64,000 nucleotides of DNA from a virus, in IMG/VR virus record IMGVR_UViG_3300042389_001027, positions 32,001 through 96,000 of that record; one strand, 5' to 3'. Positions 48,504 through 57,489 of this stretch are shown piece after piece. The translations under genes and the position numbers were made by a program. The notes beneath the pieces are model-generated. The model was given only the letters and a program-made list of their open reading frames with translations. It searched no databases and was not told where the DNA came from. The stretch's first letter is position 1; each line of letters begins with the position of its first letter.

Positions 48504-49747
48504 GCAAGAAACCAACGAATCTGGCAGACCGTCTAGCCGCAGTGGAAAACAAAGCGGAACATCAGGACGATACTAAAACGCGCAAGGCACCACCCGGCTG
48601 GGAACCCGGAGTTATCTGGGATGGCAAAACTGGCACTATCACTACTGACACTATTTACGAAACCCCCGAAGATTGGTCAGACCTTCTGCGGGCGCGAGGG
48701 CTGGACCCCGAAAAGTACGAAGTTGTAGGCGACACAATCAAATGGTGCTCCTATGACGGCTGGAAAAGAGAGAATCCAGAAGATACTGCAACCAGTGCTA
48801 TCTGTTACTCCTTTAAAGCAGAGATTCGCCTCAAGTCAAAGAACCGTTATAGCGGTGATTTAGAGGCGTTATATCACGATGTTCGGAAGAAGAAAAAGGG
48901 CACTAAAGTCACCCCAACTGGTGACAGCACTTTTGTAGTTGCTCTAAGCGATTGGCAAGTCGGAAACAGAGACGGTGGCGGAGTAGAACGCCAAGCCGAA
49001 AAAATCGCCACACTCGTAGACGCAATACCCCAGCGCATAGCCGATTTACGCCGTGCAGGAAACAAAATCGGGCATATTGTCATTGCAGGATTAGGCGACC
49101 TAGCCGAAGGAACCTGCGGACACTACCCAGCACAGCAGTTCAGAATTGAACTAGACCGCCGTGAACAACACAAACTTGTTCGTCGCGGAATCCGAGACAT
49201 CATCATGGCATGTGCGCCATTGGCAGAGAAGGTAACAGTTACTGCAGTAGGCGGAAACCACGGTGAAAACCGAGGGCTCAACGGCAAAGCGTTTACCACC
49301 ACTGGTGATAACGACGATGTCGCTATCTTTGAGCAGATTGCCGAAATACTGTCAGTCAACCCTGAAGTTTACGGGCATGTCGGATTCAGACTCCCGCTAG
49401 AACGGCTCAGCGTTTCGTTAAATCTTTCTGGACATAATGTTGCGTTCACACACGGACACTTATCAAAAGCGAGCGGCAATGCTGCGCAGTCAGTGTGGAA
49501 CTGGTGGAAAGACCAAACTTTAGGTCGTGCCCACTCTGGCGTCGCCGATGCTGACATCCTCATTACAGGGCATTATCACCACTTGAACGTCAAGGAGCAA
49601 GAAGGACGCGCAGTATTCGTTTGTCCAAGTCTCACTTCCGTTGGTGAATACTTCCAAGATGCCTATGGGGTAAGAACCCGTGAAGGAACTTTGTCAATCC
49701 TTATTTCTGAAGACAACGGGTGGGGCGACCTCCACCTCATCAACTGA
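48500..49747 (+). CDS. metallophosphoesterase (Mre11/calcineurin-like)
   Basis: SDWQ, LGDL.EG, GNHGE, THGH, GHYHH motifs. Confidence 0.85.
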   Translation: MSKKPTNLADRLAAVENKAEHQDDTKTRKAPPGWEPGVIWDGKTGTITTDTIYETPEDWSDLLRARGLDPEKYEVVGDTIKWCSYDGWKRENPEDTATSAICYSFKAEIRLKSKNRYSGDLEALYHDVRKKKKGTKVTPTGDSTFVVALSDWQVGNRDGGGVERQAEKIATLVDAIPQRIADLRRAGNKIGHIVIAGLGDLAEGTCGHYPAQQFRIELDRREQHKLVRRGIRDIIMACAPLAEKVTVTAVGGNHGENRGLNGKAFTTTGDNDDVAIFEQIAEILSVNPEVYGHVGFRLPLERLSVSLNLSGHNVAFTHGHLSKASGNAAQSVWNWWKDQTLGRAHSGVADADILITGHYHHLNVKEQEGRAVFVCPSLTSVGEYFQDAYGVRTREGTLSILISEDNGWGDLHLIN

Positions 49748-49755
49748 GGTGACTC

Positions 49756-50289
49756 ATGTGGAATAAACACAATCCAGGCAGTAAGGGAGCACAAGAACTC
49801 GGTTGTGTCTGCCCTGTTGAAGATAACAACAGTGGACTTTGGTCTCCTTTTGGTAAGCGCGACACATGGATACTTAGCGCACTGTGTGAATACCATCAAA
49901 GAGGCAACGAGACCGAAATTGAGCGCAAGATTGCCCACATTGAATCCCTGATGGACAAAGAGATGAGAGGCTACATTGAGTGCGACCATGGCTGGGATGA
50001 ACTCATTATTAGATGCCATGAGGAACTGATAGCACTAGACCCCAACTATGTTCCTGTACAAATTAAACAGAAGTTTGGTGGTCTTCGCTACTACTTTGAC
50101 ACACAAACAGACGAACGGACACGCCTCAAAATGTACGAAACCACAGGAAGATACGAAGCGCTATCACTCAAAACCTGCGAAGTCACAGGAGAAGCAGGTG
50201 TCCTCATGAAACAAGGCGGAACCTACTTCACCGTCAACCCTGCATACGCCCCCGAAGGCTCAGTGGAAGTAGATAGCAATGGACTCTGA
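49756..50289 (+). CDS. conserved phage protein (QIKQKFGGLRYY family) with N-terminal Cys/His domain
   Basis: GCVCPVEDN..C..H fused to GW..LI..QIKQKFGGLRYY..TCEVTG. Confidence 0.6.
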   Translation: MWNKHNPGSKGAQELGCVCPVEDNNSGLWSPFGKRDTWILSALCEYHQRGNETEIERKIAHIESLMDKEMRGYIECDHGWDELIIRCHEELIALDPNYVPVQIKQKFGGLRYYFDTQTDERTRLKMYETTGRYEALSLKTCEVTGEAGVLMKQGGTYFTVNPAYAPEGSVEVDSNGL

Positions 50290-50443
50290 ACGCGAAGAAA
50301 GCGTAGAAAACACGCTCCGAATCATGGCAGTCATCCTACGACAAGAAGAAAAAACCATACAGGTTGACTTCACCCCAGAGTTCCTAGAAGAAGTAGCCGA
50401 CGAAATCTCCGCCCTCAAACAACGATTAGCGGAACAATCATGA
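50279..50443 (+). CDS. hypothetical protein (54 aa)
   Basis: MDSEREESVENTLRIMAVILRQEE...; overlaps both neighbours. Confidence 0.5.
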   Translation: MDSEREESVENTLRIMAVILRQEEKTIQVDFTPEFLEEVADEISALKQRLAEQS

Positions 50444-50649
50444 ATGACTTGACGGAAATCCTCCATCGCGACCCCAGCCACAGATGGGCAGTCGTCATAC
50501 AAGAAGCAACTGAAGACTGGGGCGCCCCCGAATACTTCCTAGTCAAAGGCGACGGATTTAAATACACGATAGTAGCCAGAACCGACTTCCTAGAAGAAGC
50601 CGAAGAAATGGCAACCGCCCTCAACTACTGGGAAACACGCCCACTCTGA
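50440..50649 (+). CDS. hypothetical protein
   Basis: ATGA-coupled ORF. Confidence 0.55.
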   Translation: MNDLTEILHRDPSHRWAVVIQEATEDWGAPEYFLVKGDGFKYTIVARTDFLEEAEEMATALNYWETRPL

Positions 50650-50721
50650 GACCATGAACAAAGCGCCGCATTCTCCCTCCACGTACCCAAATATGGGAAT
50701 GTCCTATATATGGAGAGACCT

Positions 50722-51339
50722 GTGACAACGATAGTGGGGATACAAGGAGACGGTTTCGCTTTACTGGCTACAGACAGCCGAATTTCCAGTTTTGATGAGA
50801 AAGGTAACGCCTACCAGTACACAACCCTAGGTGCTGGCTCCAGCAAACTTGCCACCAACGGCAAATACCTTGTAGGCGCAGCAGGAGACGTCCGAGCCAT
50901 CAACCTCCTCCATCACGCCTTCCACCCACCAGTATGCGCACCATCCCTCAGAGGGAAACGGTTAGACACCTTCATCACCACCAAATTCATCCCCGCATTA
51001 AACAAACTGTTTGACGAACACGGCTACACAACCTCAGAAGACAAACGCACCCACAAATCAGAACACGACTCCACAATCGTCGTCGCCATAAACGCCACCA
51101 TCTACATCATAGAAGGCGACTACTCATGGACATCCGACACCACAGGACTCTACTCCGCAGGCACAGGGTCAAGTTACGCCCTAGGAGCACTACAAGCCCT
51201 CACCCACAAAAACACCACCCCACAACAAGCCAAAACCATCGCCCTCAAAGCCCTCAACATCGCAGCCAAATACGACCCCTACACAGGGACACCATTCCAC
51301 ACATACCTACAAGAACACCAAAAACCCACCAGAAAATAA
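50722..51339 (+). CDS. HslV/proteasome-beta-like Ntn threonine protease
   Basis: GTG start after GGAG gives (M)TTIVG..ATDSRIS..K..AGD..GTGSSYALGAL. Confidence 0.8.
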   Translation: MTTIVGIQGDGFALLATDSRISSFDEKGNAYQYTTLGAGSSKLATNGKYLVGAAGDVRAINLLHHAFHPPVCAPSLRGKRLDTFITTKFIPALNKLFDEHGYTTSEDKRTHKSEHDSTIVVAINATIYIIEGDYSWTSDTTGLYSAGTGSSYALGALQALTHKNTTPQQAKTIALKALNIAAKYDPYTGTPFHTYLQEHQKPTRK

Positions 51340-51348
51340 CACCCCTGT

Positions 51349-51672
51349 ATGACAAACCAAAACCAAACAAACTTAACCGATATACAGGGAATAGACATAT
51401 CAGAAAACTGGATGGACAACGCCAACTGCAAAGGCAAAACCCACCTCATGTTCCCCAAAGAACACAAAGACATCACATACATCACACAAGCCCGCAACAT
51501 CTGCAAAGCCTGCACCGTCCGAGAACAATGCCTCAACTACGCCCTAGAATACCCACCCATAGACATGCACGGAGTCTGGGCAGGCATGACCAGCAGACAA
51601 CTAGCCGCAGAACAAAAAAACAGAGGCATCAAAGCAACCCGCCCCTCACTAGCCCAAATGTTCCCCCGCTAA
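51349..51672 (+). CDS. whiB: WhiB-family Fe-S transcription factor
   Basis: W...A.C....FP..A..IC..C.VR..CL.YAL..GVWAG four-Cys motif. Confidence 0.92.
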   Translation: MTNQNQTNLTDIQGIDISENWMDNANCKGKTHLMFPKEHKDITYITQARNICKACTVREQCLNYALEYPPIDMHGVWAGMTSRQLAAEQKNRGIKATRPSLAQMFPR

Positions 51673-52010
51673 CCGCAACGCACCCCACACTCATCACAAA
51701 ACATCAAACCCCCCACATCCACAAGAGACGGCGAACAATCAGTCCGACCACACGGCTGCAACACCCTCTCGCCCGCAAGATACGCCCGCAACACAGAACC
51801 AGCATCAGGCAACGGCTGACCATCCGCAAGACGAGGCACACCCTGAGCCTCCCGCAAAGCCGACATCACACACACAGCCATCCATTGCTGTAAAGAAACC
51901 CCCTGTGTGTCGCAGAAGTCTATGACTGCGTTTTTGTCTTTGCCTGATAGTAGGAATTCCATTCTGTAGAGGGTTGTGGGGTTTTTGGCGCGTTCAGGTT
52001 TTCTCGGCAT
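51669..52010 (-). CDS. RHH-like protein with C-terminal Zn ribbon
   Basis: MEFLL..KNAVI.FC...GVSLQQW; PCG..C..FCDECG. Confidence 0.55.
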   Translation of the reverse strand: MPRKPERAKNPTTLYRMEFLLSGKDKNAVIDFCDTQGVSLQQWMAVCVMSALREAQGVPRLADGQPLPDAGSVLRAYLAGERVLQPCGRTDCSPSLVDVGGLMFCDECGVRCG

Positions 52011-52161
52011 CGCGTTGTATGAGTGTGGTGATGTATTCGGTGATTGTCATGTCGTATCCGTCGGCGAGTTGGATGATGAGGTTTTTGAGGTCGGGTTCTA
52101 GTTTGATTGTGAGGGTGGTTGGTTTGTCGGCGGGTTTGGGTGGGCGTCCGTTGCGTTTCAT
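51994..52161 (-). CDS. small ribbon-helix-helix-like DNA-binding protein (55 aa)
   Basis: MKRNGRPPKPADKPTTLTIKLEPDLKNLIIQLADGYDMTITEYITTLIQRDAEKT. Confidence 0.6.
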   Translation of the reverse strand: MKRNGRPPKPADKPTTLTIKLEPDLKNLIIQLADGYDMTITEYITTLIQRDAEKT

Positions 52162-52589
52162 TGGTATGTCTCATTCCATTGTTTCGTATAGATTTGTATG
52201 AAGTGTTCTCGGTCGGAGTTTGTGTGTAGTTGGTAGCCGCCTACTATTTTGATGGTGTTGGCGAGTACGGGGTGTAGGTCTTTGGGGGTGTAGTTGCCTG
52301 AGTCTAGTTGGGAGGCTAGGTCTCGGTATTGTGCCCATGCTTCGTGTGGTCCGGGGGCGAGGTCGGTGGTGTGCATGTCTTTGACGCGCCTGTAGACGGT
52401 TCCTGCTCTGGGCATGTAGGTGTCTTCTTTGGCGATGGCGTCTATGGCGGTGTGGCAATCTTCGGCGTCTAGGTCTGCGATGATTCTCCACCATGCGTTG
52501 TACGTCGCTTTAGGGGCGCCAGTGTTCGCTAACTGGTTCCAGTGTGCGAGGACACGGTCAACGATTTCTACACATTCTTCCTTAGTCAT
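52158..52589 (-). CDS. putative helicase loader (G39P-like)
   Basis: EC..IV......W...L.DL....C..AI......P...V; EAWAQ; follows the initiator-like gene. Confidence 0.55.
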   Translation of the reverse strand: MTKEECVEIVDRVLAHWNQLANTGAPKATYNAWWRIIADLDAEDCHTAIDAIAKEDTYMPRAGTVYRRVKDMHTTDLAPGPHEAWAQYRDLASQLDSGNYTPKDLHPVLANTIKIVGGYQLHTNSDREHFIQIYTKQWNETYQ

Positions 52590-53025
52590 CTAAGAACCCT
52601 TTCGCTCCGAGATTGCCGTCCGCTTCGGCGATGTCACAAAACTTCTCTATATGGTCTGCGTCTCTGAAGATGAGTTCCAGACTGTCATACCGTTTCTTGT
52701 TACGGTTCGCCCCCATATGGAACGGTGACATTGAGCAGCCTGTGATTGCTTTCAAGCAGTCATCTACACCGTAGTCGTGTATGGCGGCACCGATAAACAG
52801 TTTGCGTTTCTCATCCAACTTTGTTCGGCTGGATTTATTAGAACGCATTGTGGTGACCCAATGGTCAAACACCCCCTGAATGTCGGCATCATCAACAGAC
52901 CGACACTTAGCGGCTTGACCGACAGCACGCGGAGTACGCCCACGTTTCTTAACAGGTTCAGTAGAAGAAAGAGAGTCCATAAGTTTCAGTATACCCAGTT
53001 GGTCCACATCAAGCAATAGGAACAT
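52582..53025 (-). CDS. replication initiator/replisome organiser C-terminal-like protein
   Basis: VFDHW..L.EKRK..I......D...AI.GC..SPFHMG.N....Y..LELIFR; start may be the ATG at 52980. Confidence 0.55.
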   Translation of the reverse strand: MFLLLDVDQLGILKLMDSLSSTEPVKKRGRTPRAVGQAAKCRSVDDADIQGVFDHWVTTMRSNKSSRTKLDEKRKLFIGAAIHDYGVDDCLKAITGCSMSPFHMGANRNKKRYDSLELIFRDADHIEKFCDIAEADGNLGAKGFLDD

Positions 53026-53464
53026 GAGACCTAATACGAGTAGTTCAATCCACGTCTTAAAGAACTTGGAAAGATGTTCTGCATCACTAACCCATTTGAA
53101 GGGGGTTCGGGGGAAACTTTACGAATTCCCAAACCGCAACAGGTCCATGCAGTGGCTGACCCTCGCAAAACCATATGGCTGAGAGTTCAGTCGGATTTCG
53201 GCGCCGAATGAATTTGTTTCCGCCACCGTCGCTCTTTGTGGAACGACAGCAACGTATGCGATAGAGACGATAGCAGCGTGAGCCCCGCCTTGCAAGCACC
53301 TTTGTGAGTCCCGCACAACAAAAATAGACAGGTTTGTAATATAGCCGCCGACTACTCGTGGTACTCTTGACAACAGGTCGCATGCCCCCCGTGCGGCTCA
53401 AGGCGTTGCAGGCGGGACGGGTATGTGAGAGTTCCCCGTCCCGTCTCCGCTTTTAGCGGGGCTG

Positions 53465-53944
53465 TTACCCTGCAAGTGGTAGAAGGAACAAGCGGGACTC
53501 CCACATCATTCCGATGGCTGCGTATCCAACAACATCCATAAGATTGTCTTCAATGGATTCGTTGTGCGGCTTTCCGCCACCGTCATCACTTGAGAGAAGG
53601 TTTTCAAGGCGCGCCACCTTGTCATGCATGCGAACCATCAAGCCTTGCCGCCCGAAGCGACGGATGTTCTCATGCCCGTAGTCGCGCTGCTTCCTAACGA
53701 GGGTTGCGTGCACCTGCTCAATCGTCATTGGGGTGCCGCGCTTTGCCGCCAGTTCAATAGCATCGCCGCCAATGACTGCCCACATTGCTGCCGCTTTATG
53801 GAATCCTGCTGCCGCGTGGAACAAGTCATCAATAAACCCGTCTAAATCGCTGCGTATCTGAGTGAGGTCTGCTCTTGGCTGCCTACGGACTTGAACCCAA
53901 ATCCCGTCTAGTGCCCAACGCGCTGCTTCATCCCATGTGTCCAT
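53465..53944 (-). CDS. DUF1599 / nucleotide-modification-associated domain 1 protein
   Basis: KQRDYG..G..VRMHDKVARL..ESIEDNLMDVVGYA. Confidence 0.8.
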   Translation of the reverse strand: MDTWDEAARWALDGIWVQVRRQPRADLTQIRSDLDGFIDDLFHAAAGFHKAAAMWAVIGGDAIELAAKRGTPMTIEQVHATLVRKQRDYGHENIRRFGRQGLMVRMHDKVARLENLLSSDDGGGKPHNESIEDNLMDVVGYAAIGMMWESRLFLLPLAG

Positions 53945-53990
53945 AGCGCATTTTTAGCACACCGCTATACGCCACCGTCAGTACTTGAGA

Positions 53991-54299
53991 CTACTCTTCC
54001 TCAAACTTTTTTGATGCTGCGAGCAGTGCCATCTGCATAAGGTTTGACATCGCCATCGCTGCCGCTGTCGCTTCGCCGAACTCTTCCGCGTTGACTTCAA
54101 TAGCCCGCGAAAACTTTTCTTCCACAAACCGTTCGTTGTATAACACAACAATATTATCTTCGGTTAACTGGATGACGACTGGTCCGTCTTCATCCATGGT
54201 TTCGGGTGGTGCCGCGATGACTGCAACCTGCTGTCCAGTTTCGGGGTTTTCAAACCGAAACATTACCTCAGGGTCGTCGCTTCCAAAATTAATGTCCAT
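53991..54299 (-). CDS. hypothetical protein
   Basis: AGGAG RBS. Confidence 0.6.
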   Translation of the reverse strand: MDINFGSDDPEVMFRFENPETGQQVAVIAAPPETMDEDGPVVIQLTEDNIVVLYNERFVEEKFSRAIEVNAEEFGEATAAAMAMSNLMQMALLAASKKFEEE

Positions 54300-54346
54300 T
54301 ACATATCTCCTAATAGTTAGTTTACAGCAGTGGCTTTACGCCACCG

Positions 54347-54580
54347 TCAATCATTGCGAGCGACATTATGGGTGATGTTGTATGCGCGTGCCACTGGCCA
54401 CGCATCAGTCTTCTCGCAACCTCCGTCAAAGAAATCCTTCAATGCTTCGTCTTCTCCGCACGCGGAGCAGATTTCTGTTTTGTTGTCCGCCCGCGAGAGC
54501 GCGCCGGGATATTCGCCGGGTCGTTCATTACAGGGAATCCAGTTGTCTTTACAACGTGGACAGATGTTGGGGATGTTCAT
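54347..54580 (-). CDS. small Zn-finger phage protein
   Basis: CPRC..GALSRADNKTEICSACG..EA. Confidence 0.65.
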   Translation of the reverse strand: MNIPNICPRCKDNWIPCNERPGEYPGALSRADNKTEICSACGEDEALKDFFDGGCEKTDAWPVARAYNITHNVARND

Positions 54581-54690
54581 GAGTTTGCCTTCCATTCGCA
54601 GTAGGAGTTGTAGTTTTCGTCGTTCTCTGGGTCAAGACCGTTCGCCTCGCACCAGTCTTCGTAGGTTGGTGTTGATTTAAAGATGTTCAT
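54577..54690 (-). CDS. small acidic protein (37 aa)
   Basis: MNIFKSTPTYEDWCEANGLDPENDENYNSYCEWKANS; ATGA overlap. Confidence 0.5.
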   Translation of the reverse strand: MNIFKSTPTYEDWCEANGLDPENDENYNSYCEWKANS

Positions 54691-54708
54691 TGTCGCTTTC
54701 CGCCACCG

Positions 54709-54999
54709 TCACTTCTTGCGAGTGTTTGTTTGGAACGCTTTCCAAACATCTACATCACTGTTTGCTGGATGATTCGCGCGCGATGCGATGATGGCTTGTG
54801 CTTCTTCGTGCCATTCTTCGTATGTCCGCGCCATGGTTGATGTCAGTTCGCCATCAGTGTAGAAGTCAAATACAACACCCTCATTAGTTACAACAAGAAT
54901 CAGGATGTCCTGACCCATGTCGTCTACGCCGTGGGGTAGTTGGATGACGATTTCTTTGCGTGCATCAAACTGACAGTTGAAATCCATACTGTCTGTCAT
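54709..54999 (-). CDS. hypothetical protein
   Basis: GGAGG RBS. Confidence 0.6.
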   Translation of the reverse strand: MTDSMDFNCQFDARKEIVIQLPHGVDDMGQDILILVVTNEGVVFDFYTDGELTSTMARTYEEWHEEAQAIIASRANHPANSDVDVWKAFQTNTRKK

Positions 55000-55229
55000 G
55001 AGCGTTCCTCCGACTTTTCAATGACCGCATCCGCAATCCATTCACTGAGTTCGGTGCCTGCGTCTTCCCAGTCATCAAACTCTGCACAGATTTCTGCCCA
55101 TGCTTCCGCTGTGAGAACATTCTCGTCGTCATCGTCGTAGTCGTACGACGGTTTCTCCCAGTACAACACACAGATGTCGTCGTTTGGATTTAGTTCGCCG
55201 AGTTGCTTGAGTAGTTCTGAAACTTTCAC
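54996..55229 (-). CDS. small acidic hypothetical protein
   Basis: GTG start overlapping the upstream stop. Confidence 0.55.
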   Translation of the reverse strand: MKVSELLKQLGELNPNDDICVLYWEKPSYDYDDDDENVLTAEAWAEICAEFDDWEDAGTELSEWIADAVIEKSEERS

Positions 55230-55492
55230 TTGTCTTCTGCTCCAATCAGGAAAAGGAATCCTGCTCCATTTCCTTCGGGGTCTTGTGAGGGGATAACGAC
55301 GGTGCCGTCGGTAAAGAAAATCGCCATGGCGTCTGCGTCGTAGTTGTAGTCCCATGCGAACTGTTCGCATTCCGCCTTGGTGAGCGGTCGCACGAGTGCG
55401 ATGGTTTTTCCTTTGAGGGAACCAAACTCACGCTCAATGTATTTGATGCGCTCGCCGTAGATTTCCTGCTCTGTCTTTAGTGCAGTGGGCAT
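55226..55492 (-). CDS. hypothetical phage protein
   Basis: L.GKTI..VR..E...W..F.DGT...PSQDPEGNGAG; AAGGAG RBS. Confidence 0.65.
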   Translation of the reverse strand: MPTALKTEQEIYGERIKYIEREFGSLKGKTIALVRPLTKAECEQFAWDYNYDADAMAIFFTDGTVVIPSQDPEGNGAGFLFLIGAEDK

Positions 55493-55615
55493 TACTCCTT
55501 CTTTCGTTTAGTAGATTTACAGCAAGGATGGAACGGTTCCCCGACGGAACCTTTTCAGACTCTCGTATACCCACTTAGTAGCGAGCGTGTAAGTGTCTGC
55601 CATCCAGCAACAGAG

Positions 55616-55644
55616 AGTATAACAACCCTCTGTGTATTTATCAA
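55616..55644 (-). promoter_or_regulatory. sigmaA-type promoter TTGATA-17-TATACT
   Basis: Near-consensus hexamers with a 17-bp spacer. Confidence 0.65.
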
Positions 55645-55841
55645 CTCATCTCAAAACAAAGATGTTCGTTGTTTACATCACGAGCGATGCCAGTGACCCA
55701 CGCAGGATTTTCTGTTGGGTTTACGCCACCGTCACCTCTTGCAATGAGTTCAACAACTTTGTCAACTGCTTCGCCGAGCGCGCCGTTGAAATCGGTTGCA
55801 TCAACATCGGTCGTGACCATCACTGTTACGCGATACTTCAT
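55641..55841 (-). CDS. hypothetical protein
   Basis: GGAGG RBS; MKYRVTVMV. Confidence 0.55.
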   Translation of the reverse strand: MKYRVTVMVTTDVDATDFNGALGEAVDKVVELIARGDGGVNPTENPAWVTGIARDVNNEHLCFEMS

Positions 55842-56161
55842 ACCGCCACCTCCGCAAACTTGCTGTACTCGTTTACGAACTCTTGTGGAGTGTGAGCGAA
55901 CCCTTTCTCCCATGCGGATTCGTAGCACGCTTGAAGGAGTGCGAGTCTTGCGATTGCGAGAGAAACTGTCGGATAGTGCTCCAACCACTCGTTGGCAACG
56001 AAGTCTGTCCACCACAGGTAACCGCTGTCATCTGCGCCTTGAGAGACAACTGCTTTCATATCGTCGTTGATGATGACGCATACTTCCTTTGATATTTCAA
56101 AGTCTGTCATGTTTGGTTGATAATCGGTGTGTGCTGAGTCAATGATGTTTGTCATGTTCAT
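55838..56161 (-). CDS. hypothetical protein
   Basis: Coupled ORF. Confidence 0.55.
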   Translation of the reverse strand: MNMTNIIDSAHTDYQPNMTDFEISKEVCVIINDDMKAVVSQGADDSGYLWWTDFVANEWLEHYPTVSLAIARLALLQACYESAWEKGFAHTPQEFVNEYSKFAEVAV

Positions 56162-56394
56162 CCCATTTCTTCTAGTAGTTCGTCTAATGCTTCGTAGTCA
56201 AGTGAGTCATCCAACCATGCAACGCCGTCAGGAGTTCCTGCCGATGTGTAGACAAGATAGTTGGTTGCGAAATCTCGGTAGTTCATTTCTTTGCCGTACG
56301 CCATAACCATTTGGTAGAGCCGTTCGTCATTGGCGAGCCACAGGTTTACATTCCATGTCTCTCGGTTTTTCCAACCGTTGTAAGTCGTTTCCAT
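56158..56394 (-). CDS. conserved small phage protein (YNGW.N.ETW family)
   Basis: YNGWKNRETWNVNLWLANDE.LY; TPDGVAW. Confidence 0.7.
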   Translation of the reverse strand: METTYNGWKNRETWNVNLWLANDERLYQMVMAYGKEMNYRDFATNYLVYTSAGTPDGVAWLDDSLDYEALDELLEEMG

Positions 56395-56466
56395 TTTTAC
56401 CTTTCTAGTAGATTTATCTATCAGCACCCACTTTACAGTGGGGGTGTAACACGGTTTATGCCACCG

Positions 56467-56910
56467 TCAGATGTTGCGATTGTTGTAGAGGTGGAGGAGC
56501 CACTCCATCATGTTGGACTTGTATCCCTCCCACACGCTGTCGCCACTCATAATCCAGTCCGACAAGTCTTCCAAGTCTTGCTGAGTTGCGTCGTTCTGAA
56601 TCCATTGGAGTGCTTTCCACTCTCGGTCTTCTTCTGTGTAGATTCCGCCGTCAATGAGTGAGCCGACTTCATCTTTGATGGAGAGGGGGGAGTACGAGAC
56701 TGCGTAGCGATACTTGTTGTCGCCCCACCCCGTGTCTTTGCCCATCTGCTCAATGGAGATTCCGTAACGCTTGCCGATGTCAGAGATTTCGCTGTCGCTG
56801 GCTTCGTCAAGGAGATGATTGTCGTGGTCATCTAGGTTGTCGGTTTCTACGATGACGCATCCCTCAAGGTTGAGTACTGTGCCAGTAGTTGTGTCAATGA
56901 TGAGTTTCAT
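56467..56910 (-). CDS. acidic hypothetical protein
   Basis: AGAAAGG RBS. Confidence 0.6.
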   Translation of the reverse strand: MKLIIDTTTGTVLNLEGCVIVETDNLDDHDNHLLDEASDSEISDIGKRYGISIEQMGKDTGWGDNKYRYAVSYSPLSIKDEVGSLIDGGIYTEEDREWKALQWIQNDATQQDLEDLSDWIMSGDSVWEGYKSNMMEWLLHLYNNRNI

Positions 56911-56944
56911 CTGTTTACCTTTCTAGTAAGTAGGTGTTATGTAG

Positions 56945-56973
56945 AGTGTAATACACTCACAGCGTCCTGTCAA
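56945..56973 (-). promoter_or_regulatory. sigmaA-type promoter TTGACA-17-TACACT
   Basis: Consensus -35 with a 17-bp spacer. Confidence 0.75.
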
Positions 56974-57272
56974 CTCGCAACAGGATTTTTCGTATAAATA
57001 AACTCATACGGTTCGCAGAGGTCAATCGCCCACTCCTCGTGAGCAATGCCCCACACATCTCGGGATTCACTGATTGCCTTCATGAGACTCTCAAGTTCCT
57101 CACGGTTCATGTGGTAGTAGTACTCCTCAAAGAACTCGTTCTGGTCATCGGGGTTCCAAGTGTCGCCGTCAAACACGAGGGTGACTTCCTGAAGGGAGTC
57201 GCGCCCATCGTCGTGGTAGTAGATGGCGCACTCAAGTGTGAGTCCGTTTACTTCGGGGATTGTGATGGTCAT
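56970..57272 (-). CDS. acidic hypothetical protein
   Basis: AGAAAGG RBS; start MTITIP. Confidence 0.6.
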   Translation of the reverse strand: MTITIPEVNGLTLECAIYYHDDGRDSLQEVTLVFDGDTWNPDDQNEFFEEYYYHMNREELESLMKAISESRDVWGIAHEEWAIDLCEPYEFIYTKNPVAS

Positions 57273-57333
57273 GTCGGTTACCTTTCTAGTAGTTGATGGA
57301 AGTATAACAGGTGGGTGTAACACACACAACTAT

Positions 57334-57489
57334 TTACTTCTCATTCTCTATAACGACGGGAGTCTCCTGAAGTGTGCGCATTTCTGCGAGCATTTCTAAA
57401 ATCTCTGCGCTCTGTCGTTGTATGTCTGCGATGAGGGCGAGAGCCTTTGCTCTCTCCTCGGATGTCATGAGGTCGGGGTTGAAGGTCAT
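57334..57489 (-). CDS. small helical protein
   Basis: AAGGAG RBS; MTFNPDLMT. Confidence 0.5.
   Translation of the reverse strand: MTFNPDLMTSEERAKALALIADIQRQSAEILEMLAEMRTLQETPVVIENEK

Noticed and set aside
48963-48986. Tenth copy of the GACGGTGGCG motif in the phosphoesterase gene
   Set aside because: The core matches and is co-directional with transcription, but the CAA and AWA flanks do not; it may be chance DGG coding, so it was not counted
51126-51893. 255-aa His/Arg/Thr/Pro-rich ORF on the + strand
   Set aside because: It overlaps the protease, whiB and a - strand gene out of frame; it is a by-product of the T-poor, A/C-rich strand lacking stop codons
53087-53401. ORFs 53087..53401 and 53119..53373 as real genes
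   Set aside because: No RBS or recognisable motifs, atypical composition, and the region is better explained by secondary structure
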